Shown here one piece after another: positions 37,260 through 47,655 of a stretch of 64,000 nucleotides of DNA. Below the pieces are notes generated by a model. That model saw only the letters and a program-made list of their open reading frames with translations, was not told the DNA's origin and did no database searches. This DNA comes from Candidatus Poribacteria bacterium (GTDB taxonomy: Bacteria; Poribacteria; WGA-4E; GCA-2687025), in contig OY762492.1 in the NCBI GenBank assembly GCA_963665845.2, positions 2,144,001 to 2,208,000 on the forward strand. The letters are read 5' to 3'. Position 1 is the first letter of the stretch; the number at the start of each line of letters is the position of its first letter. A program made the translations under genes and the position numbers.

Positions 37260-38371
37260 AACCGCTGCGCTTCGGAGTTGTCGGGACGGGAAGCGTCGCG
37301 CTGCGCGGCATTCTTCCGCATGTGACGCAGGCGGATGTTCAGGACAGGCTCCGTTTGACCGCCGTTTGCGACGTCGTTGAGGAGCGCGCCGAAGCCGCGG
37401 CGCTCAAATTCGGCGCGGAACGTTCCTTTGCCGATTTTGAAGCGATGCTGGACGCGGATGTTGTGGACGCGGTCTCCCTCGCCTCTCCCATCGGCGTCCA
37501 TTTTGAGCAGGGGATGCTGGCGGTTCAGCGCGGCGTCCATGTCCATTTCAACAAGAGCATGACGACGACAACGGACGAGGCGGACGCTCTCATCGCCGAG
37601 GCGGAGAAGCGGGGCGTCAAGCTGGTCGCGTCGCCGGGCGAGATGCTGCGTCCAAAGAATCAGGCGGCGCGCCGTTTTATTTTAGACGGCGGACTCGGCC
37701 GCGTCGTCTGGGCGGCTACAGGCGCCGCGTTCGGGGCATACCACGAAAACGAAGCGGTGCGCCAAGGGAGCGATCCGCTCACCAACATCAACCCTGCCTG
37801 GTACTATAAGCGGCCGGGCGGCGGTCCGCTTTACGATATGACCGTTTACGGACTTCATACGTTGACCGGCATTTTGGGACCGGCGAAGCGGGTCACGGCG
37901 TTTTCAGGCATGCGCATTCCTGAACGCGAATTCCGCGGCGAACGCATCCAAACCGAAATGGACGACAACACCTTCATCACGGTCGATTTTGGGGAGGCGC
38001 TGTTTGCGTTTGTGTACGGCTCGGCGGCGGGCGGGTTGAATGTCGGACGCGCGCCTATCTTCGGAACGCGCGGGAAAGTCAGCGACGGGAAATTCAACGG
38101 AACCCCTATCGAATACCCAGGGCGCGAAGAGATCGAAAGCCGGGCGGGGCAGGGCGAACTGCCGCATGTAACGGGCGTTCACCGAGAGCTGCCGGAGGCG
38201 CATGTGTTTGAGGACATCATGCAGCTGGTCGACTGGATTCGAGAGGGAAAGCCGACCATCGTCACGGCGGAGCATGCGCGGCATGTGGTGGAGATTTTTG
38301 ACGCGGGTTACCGTTCCGCGCGGGAAGGATGCGCCATCGATCTCCGCACCTCCTTTGAGCCTGTCTTTTAG
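37256..38371 (+). CDS. Gfo/Idh/MocA oxidoreductase
   Basis: ATGA overlap; FGVVGTG, SPIGVH, GGGPLYDMTVY, HARHVVEI. Confidence 0.88.
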   Translation: MKPLRFGVVGTGSVALRGILPHVTQADVQDRLRLTAVCDVVEERAEAAALKFGAERSFADFEAMLDADVVDAVSLASPIGVHFEQGMLAVQRGVHVHFNKSMTTTTDEADALIAEAEKRGVKLVASPGEMLRPKNQAARRFILDGGLGRVVWAATGAAFGAYHENEAVRQGSDPLTNINPAWYYKRPGGGPLYDMTVYGLHTLTGILGPAKRVTAFSGMRIPEREFRGERIQTEMDDNTFITVDFGEALFAFVYGSAAGGLNVGRAPIFGTRGKVSDGKFNGTPIEYPGREEIESRAGQGELPHVTGVHRELPEAHVFEDIMQLVDWIREGKPTIVTAEHARHVVEIFDAGYRSAREGCAIDLRTSFEPVF

Positions 38372-38373
38372 GC

Positions 38374-38560
38374 TGACCTCATGCCTAAAGTTGTGACCAT
38401 TGAACGACCAAAGCCTTTATTCATGGGAAAAAGGCGTCGCTAACCAGACCGTTCCCCGCTTCCGCGAGGACATGCATTCCCGCGTAAGCGGGAATCTAGA
38501 GGCGCCGCAGAAACCGTCCGCGTTCAACAGCCCGTCATTCCCGCGTAAGCGGGAATCTTA
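38374..38560. repeat. Partial MITE (left end) plus two dRS3-like palindromes
   Basis: TGACCTCATGCCTAAAGTTG.. immediately after the stop codon of the oxidoreductase. Confidence 0.8.
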
Positions 38561-38685
38561 GGCGCCGCAGGCGCCGTCAAGTCCGCATGCAGAATTGTCC
38601 TAACGCAAGAGAGCAGTCCAAAAAATGCAAAATAGCGGTAAAATATCCCATCCCCGATCATCATATCAGGGAAAGGGAGGCATGT

Positions 38686-40452
38686 ATGCCAAACGGACGC
38701 GACAGGTTCCAATTTGACGAGGCGGCGCTCGGTCAAATCGAGAACATACGCCGCATCGGGCTGCGCAGGCTGCGCAACAAGAACGAGATCGACGATTTTG
38801 TTCAAGAAACGCTGCTGCGGGCGTTCTCAAAGCGGAGCCAGCTGCGCGACGAGGCGAAGTTTGAGGCATGGATCGCCGCCATCGCCCGCAATCTCGCGCG
38901 TGAATGGAACCGCGCCTACTACCGCAGAAAACGCGCCGAGGCGGACAGCAGGACAGCAGAAGCGGTCGACTCCAGAAACCCGCTGGACGCCCTTGAAAAG
39001 GCGGAGGAGCGGGAGCTTCTGAAACAGGCGGTGGCGCGCCTGAACAAGAGCGACCGCGAGATTCTACGCGCCCGCTATGTGGACGACGCGTCTTACGCCG
39101 AGCTGCAGGAGCGTTACGGCTTATCCTATTCGGCGGTCGGGCTGCGCCTTCACCGCGCGAAAAAACGGCTGCGCAAGATCTACCTGTCGGTTGGCGCCGC
39201 GCTCTCCCTTTTCTTTGGAAGTTTCAAACATACGGCATGGGGAGGAGCGGTACTGCTCATGAATAAAACGAAAGTTGCGGTTGGAATCGCAGCGGTTTTC
39301 GGGGTCGCGGCAACAACAGGAGTTTATGTTGCGAAAAAACATACGCCCATCCCGCCGTCGGATTCACTGACAACCCATCAACAAGCGCCAACGCCTTCCG
39401 GCGCAACATCGGAGGCGGCAGTGGATGACAACAGGCATGAGGACGGGCATGAGGAAACGGGCGGCATTGTTCGCGTTCTTGACAGCGCGGAGGGCAAAAT
39501 AACGGTAACGGTACTTCCTCTTCAGATTTACGTTCCTGACGCCGATGAGCCGCTTGTGTACCGCCTCTTTTGGCAGGAGGTCGGGGAGCAAATGACCGTG
39601 GAAGAGATGCAGAGCGACCCTGAAGGCGCCAAGAAAACGCTGCGCGCCATCGCCGAAAAGCATGGGGGCGGCAACCGCGACCTGGCAGAGGTTCTCTATC
39701 TTGACGCAGAATTTAAAATGGACTTGAAAGAATCCGGCGTCCGCGACCAAGACGAGAGCCTGGCGTTTTTTGAGCTGAAAGAAAAAACTTTGGGGTTAGA
39801 CGACTGGGAGTCGGGCGAGCTGACTCATTTCCGCTACATGCGGAAGTACAACAATGAGGATGGCGACGAAGTCATGCGTCAAACGAAGTCGGTCAACGAG
39901 GCGTTTATATGGATGAAAACGCATGCTCCTGGCGAATACGAAAATGCCAAGGACGTTTACTATGATGCGCTGGGCAAGCTCCAGAACGACTATCCTCTCG
40001 ACAATCCGCAGGCGCCGCCCCGTTACACGCATGAGAATTTCCCATCAATAGAGGATCGGGCGAGAACCAGATACATGGCTCTATTTGAAGCGCTTGGGCA
40101 TTTGCCGGACGATTCGAAGGTGTTCACCGAATACTTTGCGTCGTCTTCCGCCCCTTTCAGCGATGTTCAAGCGCCGGCAATGGAAGAAGCCGACGCAAGA
40201 CCAACTTTCATCGAAGCGCCGCCCGCTGAATTGCCCCGCCGTCAAAATGCGCCTCCTCCAGAGAAGCGTCCGACTGCTCCAGACGAAGCTGCCGCCGTTG
40301 AAGCCGCGTTTGAGCAGGCGGTACAAGATTCGATACGCCAATACGGTCCTGAAGAAGGGCTGCGGCGGTTGATCATGTCGGATCAGGAGTGGATCGAACG
40401 GATTGGACGCTTGCAAGAGCGTCGGCAAGGCGCCCCTCCTCCGCCTGACTGA
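38686..40452 (+). CDS. ECF sigma factor with TM segments and a large C-terminal extension
   Basis: SD GGAGG; region 2 DDFVQETLLRAF..FEAWIAAIARN; region 4 SYAELQERYGLSYSAVGLRLHRAKKRL; hydrophobic segments, then a Pro-rich extension. Confidence 0.85.
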   Translation: MPNGRDRFQFDEAALGQIENIRRIGLRRLRNKNEIDDFVQETLLRAFSKRSQLRDEAKFEAWIAAIARNLAREWNRAYYRRKRAEADSRTAEAVDSRNPLDALEKAEERELLKQAVARLNKSDREILRARYVDDASYAELQERYGLSYSAVGLRLHRAKKRLRKIYLSVGAALSLFFGSFKHTAWGGAVLLMNKTKVAVGIAAVFGVAATTGVYVAKKHTPIPPSDSLTTHQQAPTPSGATSEAAVDDNRHEDGHEETGGIVRVLDSAEGKITVTVLPLQIYVPDADEPLVYRLFWQEVGEQMTVEEMQSDPEGAKKTLRAIAEKHGGGNRDLAEVLYLDAEFKMDLKESGVRDQDESLAFFELKEKTLGLDDWESGELTHFRYMRKYNNEDGDEVMRQTKSVNEAFIWMKTHAPGEYENAKDVYYDALGKLQNDYPLDNPQAPPRYTHENFPSIEDRARTRYMALFEALGHLPDDSKVFTEYFASSSAPFSDVQAPAMEEADARPTFIEAPPAELPRRQNAPPPEKRPTAPDEAAAVEAAFEQAVQDSIRQYGPEEGLRRLIMSDQEWIERIGRLQERRQGAPPPPD

Positions 40453-40610
40453 AACTGCATAAGAAGCGCGCTATGATCGCTCATTTCAAGGCGGCGGTTT
40501 CGTTTTAGCCGCCGCCGACGGCTCCCTCTGCGTTTTTTGCGCCATACCCCGCCAACGTTCGCTATAATTACCCAAAACGAGAGTCTAACGCCACTAAAGA
40601 AAACGCAGAT

Positions 40611-41771
40611 ATGAATGTTCACGAATACCAAGCGAAAGAGATTCTGAGACGATACGGAGTTCCCGTTCAAAACGGCGAAGCCGTCTCGTCCGTTGAAGAG
40701 GCGGTCGAAGCGGCAAAGCGGCTCAACGGCGATACGTTTGTCGCCAAGGCGCAGATACACGCCGGCGGACGCGGCAAGGGCGGCGGCGTCCAACTGGCGC
40801 ATTCCGTTCAAGAGGTGAAAGAAGCCGCCGCCGAAATGCTCGGAATGAACCTCATCACCCATCAAACAGGACCGGAAGGCAGGCGCGTCGACAAGATACT
40901 GATCACCGAAGCGGCGGAGATTGAGCGGGAGCTGTATCTCGGCTTGACGCTGGACCGCGCCGCCTCGCGCATCGGCGTCATCGCATGCGCGGAGGGCGGC
41001 GTTGAAATAGAAACGGTCGCGGCGGAGAACCCGAGCGCCATCATTGAGGAGCAGATCGATCCCGCTGTCGGGTTGATGCCGTTTCAAGCGAACCGCATCG
41101 CCTACGCGCTTGAACTTCCGCCGGCGCAGGCGCGTCAGTTTGTCGACATCGCCCAGAAGCTCGCCGCGGCGTTCGTTGACGCGGACGCTTCGCTGATCGA
41201 GATCAACCCGCTCGCGGTTCTGGACGACGGCAAACTGCTCGCTCTGGACGCAAAGATGAGCTTCGACGACAACGCCCTTTTTCGGCAAAAAGAGATTGGC
41301 GAGATGCGCGATCCTGCCGAAGAAGACCCGCGCGAACTGGAAGCGAAACGGCATGAGTTGAGCTATGTGAGCCTAGACGGAAACATCGGATGCATGGTGA
41401 ACGGCGCGGGGCTGGCGATGGCGACGATGGACATCATACAGCACTACGGCGCCAAGCCCGCCAACTTTTTGGATGTCGGCGGAAGGGCGAACGCGGAACG
41501 AGTCGCCGCCGCGTTCAACCTAATTCTCTCGGATGAAAACGTGAAGGCGATTCTTGTCAATATCTTTGGCGGCATCGTCCACTGCGACCTGATCGCCGAG
41601 GGCATTTTGAGCGCGGCGGCGCAGACGAACCTGCGGCTGCCTCTCATCGTGCGGCTCGAAGGAACAAATGTGGAGGAAGGGCGCGCTCTCTTGCAGCGGT
41701 CGGGGCTGGACATCATCTCCGCAAACAGCCTGGACGAAGCGGCGCAAAAAGCGGTCGCCGCGTGCGCATAA
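40611..41771 (+). CDS. sucC: Succinyl-CoA ligase beta subunit
   Basis: [49 protein letters not shown]. Confidence 0.97.
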   Translation: MNVHEYQAKEILRRYGVPVQNGEAVSSVEEAVEAAKRLNGDTFVAKAQIHAGGRGKGGGVQLAHSVQEVKEAAAEMLGMNLITHQTGPEGRRVDKILITEAAEIERELYLGLTLDRAASRIGVIACAEGGVEIETVAAENPSAIIEEQIDPAVGLMPFQANRIAYALELPPAQARQFVDIAQKLAAAFVDADASLIEINPLAVLDDGKLLALDAKMSFDDNALFRQKEIGEMRDPAEEDPRELEAKRHELSYVSLDGNIGCMVNGAGLAMATMDIIQHYGAKPANFLDVGGRANAERVAAAFNLILSDENVKAILVNIFGGIVHCDLIAEGILSAAAQTNLRLPLIVRLEGTNVEEGRALLQRSGLDIISANSLDEAAQKAVAACA

Positions 41772-41795
41772 ACACAGGAAACAGGACTACTCAAC

Positions 41796-42680
41796 ATGAG
41801 CATTCTCGTTGATCGAAACACGCGCGTTCTTGTGCAGGGCGTCACGGGCGCGATGGGATCGCTTCACGCCGCGCAGATGCTGAAATACGGCACGCAGATT
41901 GTCGGGGGGACGCGCCCTGGGCTGGGCGGAACGACCATATCGCTCAACGGCTCCGATCTGCCGGTTTTCAACGCGGTATCGGACGCTGTCGAGGCTACAG
42001 GCGCGGACGCCTCCGTCATTTATGTACCCGCGCCCTTCGCCGCGGACGCCGCGATGGAGGCGGCGGACGCCGGCTTGCGCCTCATCGTTCTCATCACCGA
42101 AGGCATCCCGATTTTGGATATGGTGAAGGTGAAGCGGTATCTGGAGGGGCGTTCGTCTCGGCTTGTCGGTCCCAACTGCCCTGGAGTCATCGCGCCCGGG
42201 CAATGTAAAATCGGCATTATGCCGGGGTATATTCATTCGCCTGGGAAGGTCGGCGTCATCTCGCGCAGCGGCACGCTCACCTATGAAGCGGTCTACCAGA
42301 CGACGCAGGCGGGACTCGGTCAGTCGACATGCGTCGGCATCGGCGGCGACCCTGTGAACGGCACCAGCTTTGTCGATCTGCTGGAGATGTTTCAGGAGGA
42401 CGACGGAACGGAAGCGGTCGTTCTGATAGGGGAGATTGGCGGGTCGGCGGAAGAGGAGGCGGCGCAGTTTGTGAAGGAGCATATGACGAAGCCGGTCGTC
42501 GGGTTCATCGCGGGGGCGTCCGCGCCGAAGGGGAAGCGCATGGGGCATGCGGGCGCCGTCATCGCCGGCGGATCGGGAGCCGCCGCGGACAAGATTGCGG
42601 CGTTTAAAGAGGCGGGCATCGCCGTCTGTCCGACCGCGTCGACGATCGGCGCCGAGACGGTCAAGGCGCTCGGCGGATAA
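41796..42680 (+). CDS. sucD: Succinyl-CoA ligase alpha subunit
   Basis: [36 protein letters not shown]. Confidence 0.97.
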   Translation: MSILVDRNTRVLVQGVTGAMGSLHAAQMLKYGTQIVGGTRPGLGGTTISLNGSDLPVFNAVSDAVEATGADASVIYVPAPFAADAAMEAADAGLRLIVLITEGIPILDMVKVKRYLEGRSSRLVGPNCPGVIAPGQCKIGIMPGYIHSPGKVGVISRSGTLTYEAVYQTTQAGLGQSTCVGIGGDPVNGTSFVDLLEMFQEDDGTEAVVLIGEIGGSAEEEAAQFVKEHMTKPVVGFIAGASAPKGKRMGHAGAVIAGGSGAAADKIAAFKEAGIAVCPTASTIGAETVKALGG

Positions 42681-42684
42681 CGGT

Positions 42685-43467
42685 ATGCGCGATTACAACG
42701 AGATCGTCCAGCGGATTCAACATGTTTTACCGCAGAAAGAGCGCGCCGAGATCATCGGACGCGCGGACGGGTTTGACATCTATTCAGCGAAAATCGGGCA
42801 TGCGGACGGGTTCCCGCGCCTGCTTGTCATCGGTGGAACGCACGGAGACGAGCCGGCGGGCGTCGAGGCGGCGCTGCGGATTCTGGAAGCGGAACCGCCC
42901 CTCTCAACCGACGCGCGCATACAGGTTCTGCCGTGCGTCAACCCGCATGGATACACGCGCAATGAGCGGCTCAACCGCGCGGGAGTCGACCTGAACTGGT
43001 CGTTCCACCGCCCGGAGCTGCCGGAGATTGCGGCAGTTCGGCGGGCTATCGACAGGCGGCGGTACGACGCCGTTCTGGATCTGCATGAGGATTGGGAAAG
43101 CCCAGGGTTTTACATGTACGAGGTGTCGCGGCGGGGTTATATCGGCGAGGCGGTCGCGCGCGCCGTCTCCAAAGTATGCCCGATCAACCAGAGCGGCGTC
43201 ATCGAGGGAGACGCGGCAAGCGGCGGCATTCTGCGTCCAGACCCGCATGCGCCGAGGCGGGAAGCGCGCGGATACGGCATTCCGATCGCGCTGTATGACC
43301 GGCACACCGACCTTTACATCACAACCGAGACGCCGACCGGGGCGGCGATGGCGGTTCGCGTGGAGGCGCATCTGGTCGCGGCGCAGACGGTACTTCAGGA
43401 GCTTTCAAAAGAGCGGACGGAGCGCAAAACGGAGCGTAAAAAGCGCGGCGACAGCGGCAATCGCTAA
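42685..43467 (+). CDS. M14 family metallocarboxypeptidase (succinylglutamate desuccinylase/aspartoacylase-like)
   Basis: GGTHGDEPAG, PCVNPHGY, DLNWSF, DLHED, TTETP. Confidence 0.85.
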   Translation: MRDYNEIVQRIQHVLPQKERAEIIGRADGFDIYSAKIGHADGFPRLLVIGGTHGDEPAGVEAALRILEAEPPLSTDARIQVLPCVNPHGYTRNERLNRAGVDLNWSFHRPELPEIAAVRRAIDRRRYDAVLDLHEDWESPGFYMYEVSRRGYIGEAVARAVSKVCPINQSGVIEGDAASGGILRPDPHAPRREARGYGIPIALYDRHTDLYITTETPTGAAMAVRVEAHLVAAQTVLQELSKERTERKTERKKRGDSGNR

Positions 43468-44001
43468 AAACGTCCGCCGTTCGACGTAGAGCGCGCGGCG
43501 CAGGGACGGCTTCACCCGCGCGGCGTCCGGCGGCGGCTTCACAAAACGCGGAAACCAGCGCGGCGTTCGGGCGCAGTATTGTTCATACGCGCCGCCGAAT
43601 GCGTCGCGCATGCGGGACTCCTCCCAGCGAACGACAGGGATATACTGCGCGAAAAACAGCGCCGCCGCGACCGCCAAAAGCCAGAGACGCCCGCTCATCC
43701 ATGCCGCGCCGAGCGTCAAAAACAGGTTGCCGATATACAGCGGGTTGCGCATATGCGCGAACGGACCGGAGACGATGAGACGGGCGCCGGGCTGGTCGCC
43801 GCGCGTCCTTGAAATTCCGCCGATATGCGCGTTCGCCCAGATGCGCAGCGCCTCGCCGAGGCACATCAGGACAGCGCCGGTCAGCAGGGAAGCGGCGGTC
43901 GGACGCGCGAGCAGCAGAAAAAGCAGTATCGGCGGCCATGGCGTCCAGCTGCGTCGGCGGAAGAGAAAACCGCCGACCGTTTCGATGAAGGCGGGGGGCA
44001 T
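43405..44001 (-). CDS. Isoprenylcysteine carboxylmethyltransferase/PEMT family membrane protein
   Basis: GEALRIWA, GPFAHMRNPLYIGN, EESRMRDAFGGAYEQY..PRWFP. Confidence 0.85.
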   Translation of the reverse strand: MPPAFIETVGGFLFRRRSWTPWPPILLFLLLARPTAASLLTGAVLMCLGEALRIWANAHIGGISRTRGDQPGARLIVSGPFAHMRNPLYIGNLFLTLGAAWMSGRLWLLAVAAALFFAQYIPVVRWEESRMRDAFGGAYEQYCARTPRWFPRFVKPPPDAARVKPSLRRALYVERRTFLAIAAVAALFTLRFALRPLF

Positions 44002-44059
44002 GCGGACGGCTCCATTTTTCTAGGTAAAATAAATGTAGCGCGCCGAATGCTGAAGGCAA

Positions 44060-44315
44060 AGCGGGTTTGCGCTGCCATTCCCGCGCTTAAACCCCCCTTC
44101 CCCCCTTACAAAGGGGGGAGTCCAGAAAGCCCCCCTTGAAAAGGGGGGTTTGGGGGGTTTTCCGCGCCACCGAAACCGTCCGCGTTCACCATAAGCGTCC
44201 AGCAGCACAATTCGTCATTCCCGCGCAAGCGGGAATCTTAGGCGCCGCAGAAAACGTCCGCCCTTGCGGTAAGACGCCATGCCGGCATGCCCCAACTCAA
44301 GCGCCGACATCAGAC
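44060..44315. repeat. Mosaic: CCCCC/GGGGG hairpins, a 79-bp-unit relative, dRS3-like palindrome, degenerate MITE right end
   Basis: gaaaccgtccgcgttcacc..caattcgtcattcccgcgcaagcgggaatc matches the 8381 array unit. Confidence 0.82.
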
Positions 44316-44332
44316 TCGCCAGACGCTTTCTT

Positions 44333-45235
44333 TTAATCGCCTTCTTCATTTACAGAAAAATAGTCTCGGTTTATCTGCTTAATGTCGTAAGATTTTTGCG
44401 TCTGAACGCCAATGCCGTTCTCGATCATCAGCTTCACAAGTTGCTTGCCGTCAATAAGGACGATCCTTTTATCGCTTCGTTTCGCTTCTTCTCTACATTG
44501 TTTGGAGAAGTTTGCTGTTGTGATAAAAAAGCCCTTTTGCGCGCCCTGGACGCCCAAGGATCCCGCAAACTCTCGAACAAGTTTGGGGCTAACGGTCGCG
44601 TCTTGCCGCTTTGCTTGAACATAAATCATGTCGAGACCCAGTTTGTCCTCTTTGATGGTCCCGTCAATTCCGCCGTCGCCGCTGCGCCCTACGGCTTCAG
44701 CGTCCGCTCGAGAGCCGCCGTACCCAAGTTCCACCAGCACATCCAAAACCAGCTCTTCAAAAAATTCTGGGGGATTGTCCATAATGCGCTGTAAAAGTTC
44801 CGTTTCAAGCCGTTCTTGAATCGTTCGATAACTGCGCTCAATCGCAACTTCAGGCGCTTCAGCCGACTGCGATTCTTCAGGCGCTTCATCGGGCAACGAT
44901 TCTTCAGAATCTGCCGATTCTAGAACGGGCGAATCGATTTTGGCGACCACTCCGGGCTTGATTTTCAGAAGACGCCCCGACTTAACCAACCGATAGGCAA
45001 CGTCATAGACAACCATTTTCCAAACAAGGCTACCGCTTTTATATTTGGCATTTCGCTGCTCATCTGTCAGGCTGAATCGATCTGCAAATTGATCCGCAAT
45101 GTCCTTGGTATGAATGCCGGCGGCAGGATAATTAAAATCGATCAAAGCTTGTTCCACGACAGAATTCGCCGGGAATTCCATCGGTTCTTCTTCATTCGTG
45201 TCTGGGTTGAAGATCCTTCGCGTCGTCGTATCCAT
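44333..45235 (-). CDS. mrr: Mrr-family (type IV) restriction endonuclease
   Basis: N-terminal winged-helix-like region (FSLTDEQRN); FFEELVLDVLVELGYGG, SGDGGIDG, DKLGLDMIYVQAKR, KGFFITTANFS, IVLIDG; visibly more AT-rich. Confidence 0.9.
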   Translation of the reverse strand: MDTTTRRIFNPDTNEEEPMEFPANSVVEQALIDFNYPAAGIHTKDIADQFADRFSLTDEQRNAKYKSGSLVWKMVVYDVAYRLVKSGRLLKIKPGVVAKIDSPVLESADSEESLPDEAPEESQSAEAPEVAIERSYRTIQERLETELLQRIMDNPPEFFEELVLDVLVELGYGGSRADAEAVGRSGDGGIDGTIKEDKLGLDMIYVQAKRQDATVSPKLVREFAGSLGVQGAQKGFFITTANFSKQCREEAKRSDKRIVLIDGKQLVKLMIENGIGVQTQKSYDIKQINRDYFSVNEEGD

Positions 45236-45307
45236 ATGCTCTTTCCCTGTCGCTTTACTCGCTTAATATGATTGGCAAATTCAGCGCGCTTGTCAAGTAT
45301 GATGCTC

Positions 45308-45495
45308 TGACCTTAGCGCTTTAGTTGGGACATGCCGTCTGGGGAACGAGGACGGTTTCTGCGGCGCCTCTAGATTCCCGCTTACGCGGGAATGCATGCC
45401 CTCGCGTAAGCGGGGGACGACCTGGTTGATGACGCTTTTTTCCCATGAATAGCGCGGTTATTCGTTTAAATGTCCCGACTTTCAGCATGAGGTCA
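45308..45495 (-). mobile_element. MITE-like element (188 bp, with internal insert)
   Basis: TGACCTTAGCGCTTTAGTTGGGACA ... TGTCCCGACTTTCAGCATGAGGTCA; followed by another partial copy to ~45637. Confidence 0.75.
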
Positions 45496-45733
45496 GGGCT
45501 GTTTTGGAATGCGGAGGTTGTCTAGGAAAACTCTGGATTCCCGCTTGCGCGGGAATGACGATTTGGTTGGCGAAGCCTTTTTCCCATGAATAGAGGCTTT
45601 GTTCGTTCAGATGTGCCTATTTTCTGCAGGAGGTCGGGTCCCGCGCTTGACGCGCCCGCCGCCGCATGCCAAAATAAAACCGCCGCAAAGAAAAAGCGGC
45701 AAACCGACTGAACCAAAACGGAGGCGAAGAAAC

Positions 45734-46876
45734 ATGCGGCGCGTTCTCATCGCGTTGTGGGCTGCGGCGGCGCTGATCGGGTGCAATCAACTTCAAGACA
45801 TCCTTGACCCGTCGGACGGCTCCGACGCGGTCAAAATCGGCTTCCTCGTCTCTGGGGAGCGGGATGAGTATTTGAACGGGGCGCAGCTCGCCGCCGCTGA
45901 AATCAACCAAAACGGCGGGCTGCTCGGACGGCGGGTCGAACTGGACGCGCAGCTCCGCATCGATACGGCAGACGCCGCCGTCGAAGCCGCTTCGCGCATG
46001 ATACAGGAGGGCGCCGTTGCGCTCATCGGTCCGAACCGTTCGACGCATGCGGTTCCGGTCGGCGAGCTGGCGCAAGCGCATCGAATCCCGATGATCGCGA
46101 CGACAGCGACAAACCCGAACGTGACGAACGCGGGCGATTTTGTGTTTATGGCGGCCTTCACGGACGCTTTTCAGGGCGGCGCGATGGCGCAGTTTGCCAG
46201 AGAGACGCTGAATATCGGCTCCGCCGCGGTCATCGCGCGCAGCGGCGATCTTTACACGGAGGGGGTGTCCGAGTTTTTTGCCGACCATTTCCGCGCGCTC
46301 GGCGGAGAGATTGCGGCGCATGAATTCCATGAACCGGACGCGGACGACTTCTCGGCGCCGTTGAGCGTTATCGCCGCGGCGTCGCCGGACGCGCTTTTCA
46401 TCGCCGGCTTTATCGGCGATGTCGCGCGCGTCACCCGTCAGGCGCGGGAGACGCCGATTCAAAACGCGCAGGGCGAACCGACCGTCTTTCTCGGCGCCGA
46501 CTCATGGGACAATGAGCAGCTGTTCAACGACGAAAACGCCAAGCTCGAAGGCAGTTACTTCAGCGGACATTTTTCAGCGGATACGGATGAGCCGACCGCG
46601 CGCGCCTTCGTGGAGGCGTATGAGGCGGTCTACGGCGAAAAGCCGATCGGGGGCGTCGCCGTCAGTTATGACGCCGTCAAGCTGTTTGCCGAGGCGGCGG
46701 AGCGCGCCGGCAGTTTCGACCCTGTCAAGATCCGCGGTCAGATCGCCGCAACGGAGAATTACATGGGCGGAACGATCATCGCGCGGTACAACGAAAACCG
46801 CCATCCGACGAAGAGCGCCGTCGTCTTCACGATACGCGGCGGCGACAAAGAGTTTCTGCGGCAGATCAACCCTTGA
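45734..46876 (+). CDS. ABC transporter substrate-binding lipoprotein (branched-chain amino acid/LivJ-like)
   Basis: Lipobox LIGC; GAQLAAAEINQNGGLLGR, ATNPNVT..FTDAFQG, LGADSWD, YDAV. Confidence 0.88.
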   Translation: MRRVLIALWAAAALIGCNQLQDILDPSDGSDAVKIGFLVSGERDEYLNGAQLAAAEINQNGGLLGRRVELDAQLRIDTADAAVEAASRMIQEGAVALIGPNRSTHAVPVGELAQAHRIPMIATTATNPNVTNAGDFVFMAAFTDAFQGGAMAQFARETLNIGSAAVIARSGDLYTEGVSEFFADHFRALGGEIAAHEFHEPDADDFSAPLSVIAAASPDALFIAGFIGDVARVTRQARETPIQNAQGEPTVFLGADSWDNEQLFNDENAKLEGSYFSGHFSADTDEPTARAFVEAYEAVYGEKPIGGVAVSYDAVKLFAEAAERAGSFDPVKIRGQIAATENYMGGTIIARYNENRHPTKSAVVFTIRGGDKEFLRQINP

Positions 46877-46956
46877 GGAGCGCGCGGCGACTCGGTCAAG
46901 GGCGCGTTCATGACCCCCGTTTTCACAGGGGCAGGCTCATGGGGCGGCGGGATCGT

Positions 46957-47655
46957 CTAGCGGAGCGTGTAGCGCAAAAACAGGTCGTCTCCAGCGATGC
47001 GCACCGAGGCGAGCTTTAGCTGAACAAGCTTTTCAAGCGGCAGCCCCTGTCCGCCGACGGGCGTCGGCAGCTGTCCGCCGATGAGGCATGGCGACACGGT
47101 CAGCAGAACTTCATCCACGCAGCCCGCCTCCAAAAACGCGCCGTTCAGTTGCGCCCCGCCTTCCAGCAGGATGCGCCGCGCCCCGTATTCTTGACGCAGA
47201 ATTTCTACGGCGCGGCGCGGGTTGACGGAACGCTCCCCCGTCCGACGAACCTGCGCGACCGCCTTCAAAGCGCGCTCCCGTTCGGGATCGATGATGTCTG
47301 CGCAGAAGACGACGGCGGGCGATTCATGTCCAAAAAAAAGGCGCGCGTCGGGCGGAACATTCCCTCTCCCGCTGACGACCGCCCGGAGCGGCGTCGCCCA
47401 TCGACCGGCGCGCCGCCGTTTTTCTTTTATGCTTTTGGGCAGCCAGAACGCCGGGTTGTCGTCCGCCGCGGTTCCGGCGCCGATGAGTACCGCGTCCGCG
47501 TCGGCGCGCATTTGGCGCAGAAGCGCCTTGTCGTTGTCGGAGGCGAAGCGCGGGCCGGCGTTGTCGGCGGTTGTGATCTTGCCGTCAACGCTTGCAACGG
47601 CAATCAGAACAACCCGCGCGGGCGCGGCGGCGGAGCCGGTTCGTTCCATACGCAT
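46957..47655 (-). CDS. RibD C-terminal reductase domain protein
   Basis: ASVDGKI, RADADAVLIGAGT..DNP, ILLEGGAQLN, VDEVLLTVSP. Confidence 0.85.
   Translation of the reverse strand: MRMERTGSAAAPARVVLIAVASVDGKITTADNAGPRFASDNDKALLRQMRADADAVLIGAGTAADDNPAFWLPKSIKEKRRRAGRWATPLRAVVSGRGNVPPDARLFFGHESPAVVFCADIIDPERERALKAVAQVRRTGERSVNPRRAVEILRQEYGARRILLEGGAQLNGAFLEAGCVDEVLLTVSPCLIGGQLPTPVGGQGLPLEKLVQLKLASVRIAGDDLFLRYTLR

Noticed and set aside
43405-43467. 63-bp convergent overlap as antisense regulation
   Set aside because: Low-complexity tails in a compact GC-rich genome; nothing else supports a function.
44060-45495. Composite transposon or integron cassette around mrr
   Set aside because: No transposase, integrase, target duplication or attC core sites are recognisable; kept only as a repeat-flanked cassette hypothesis.
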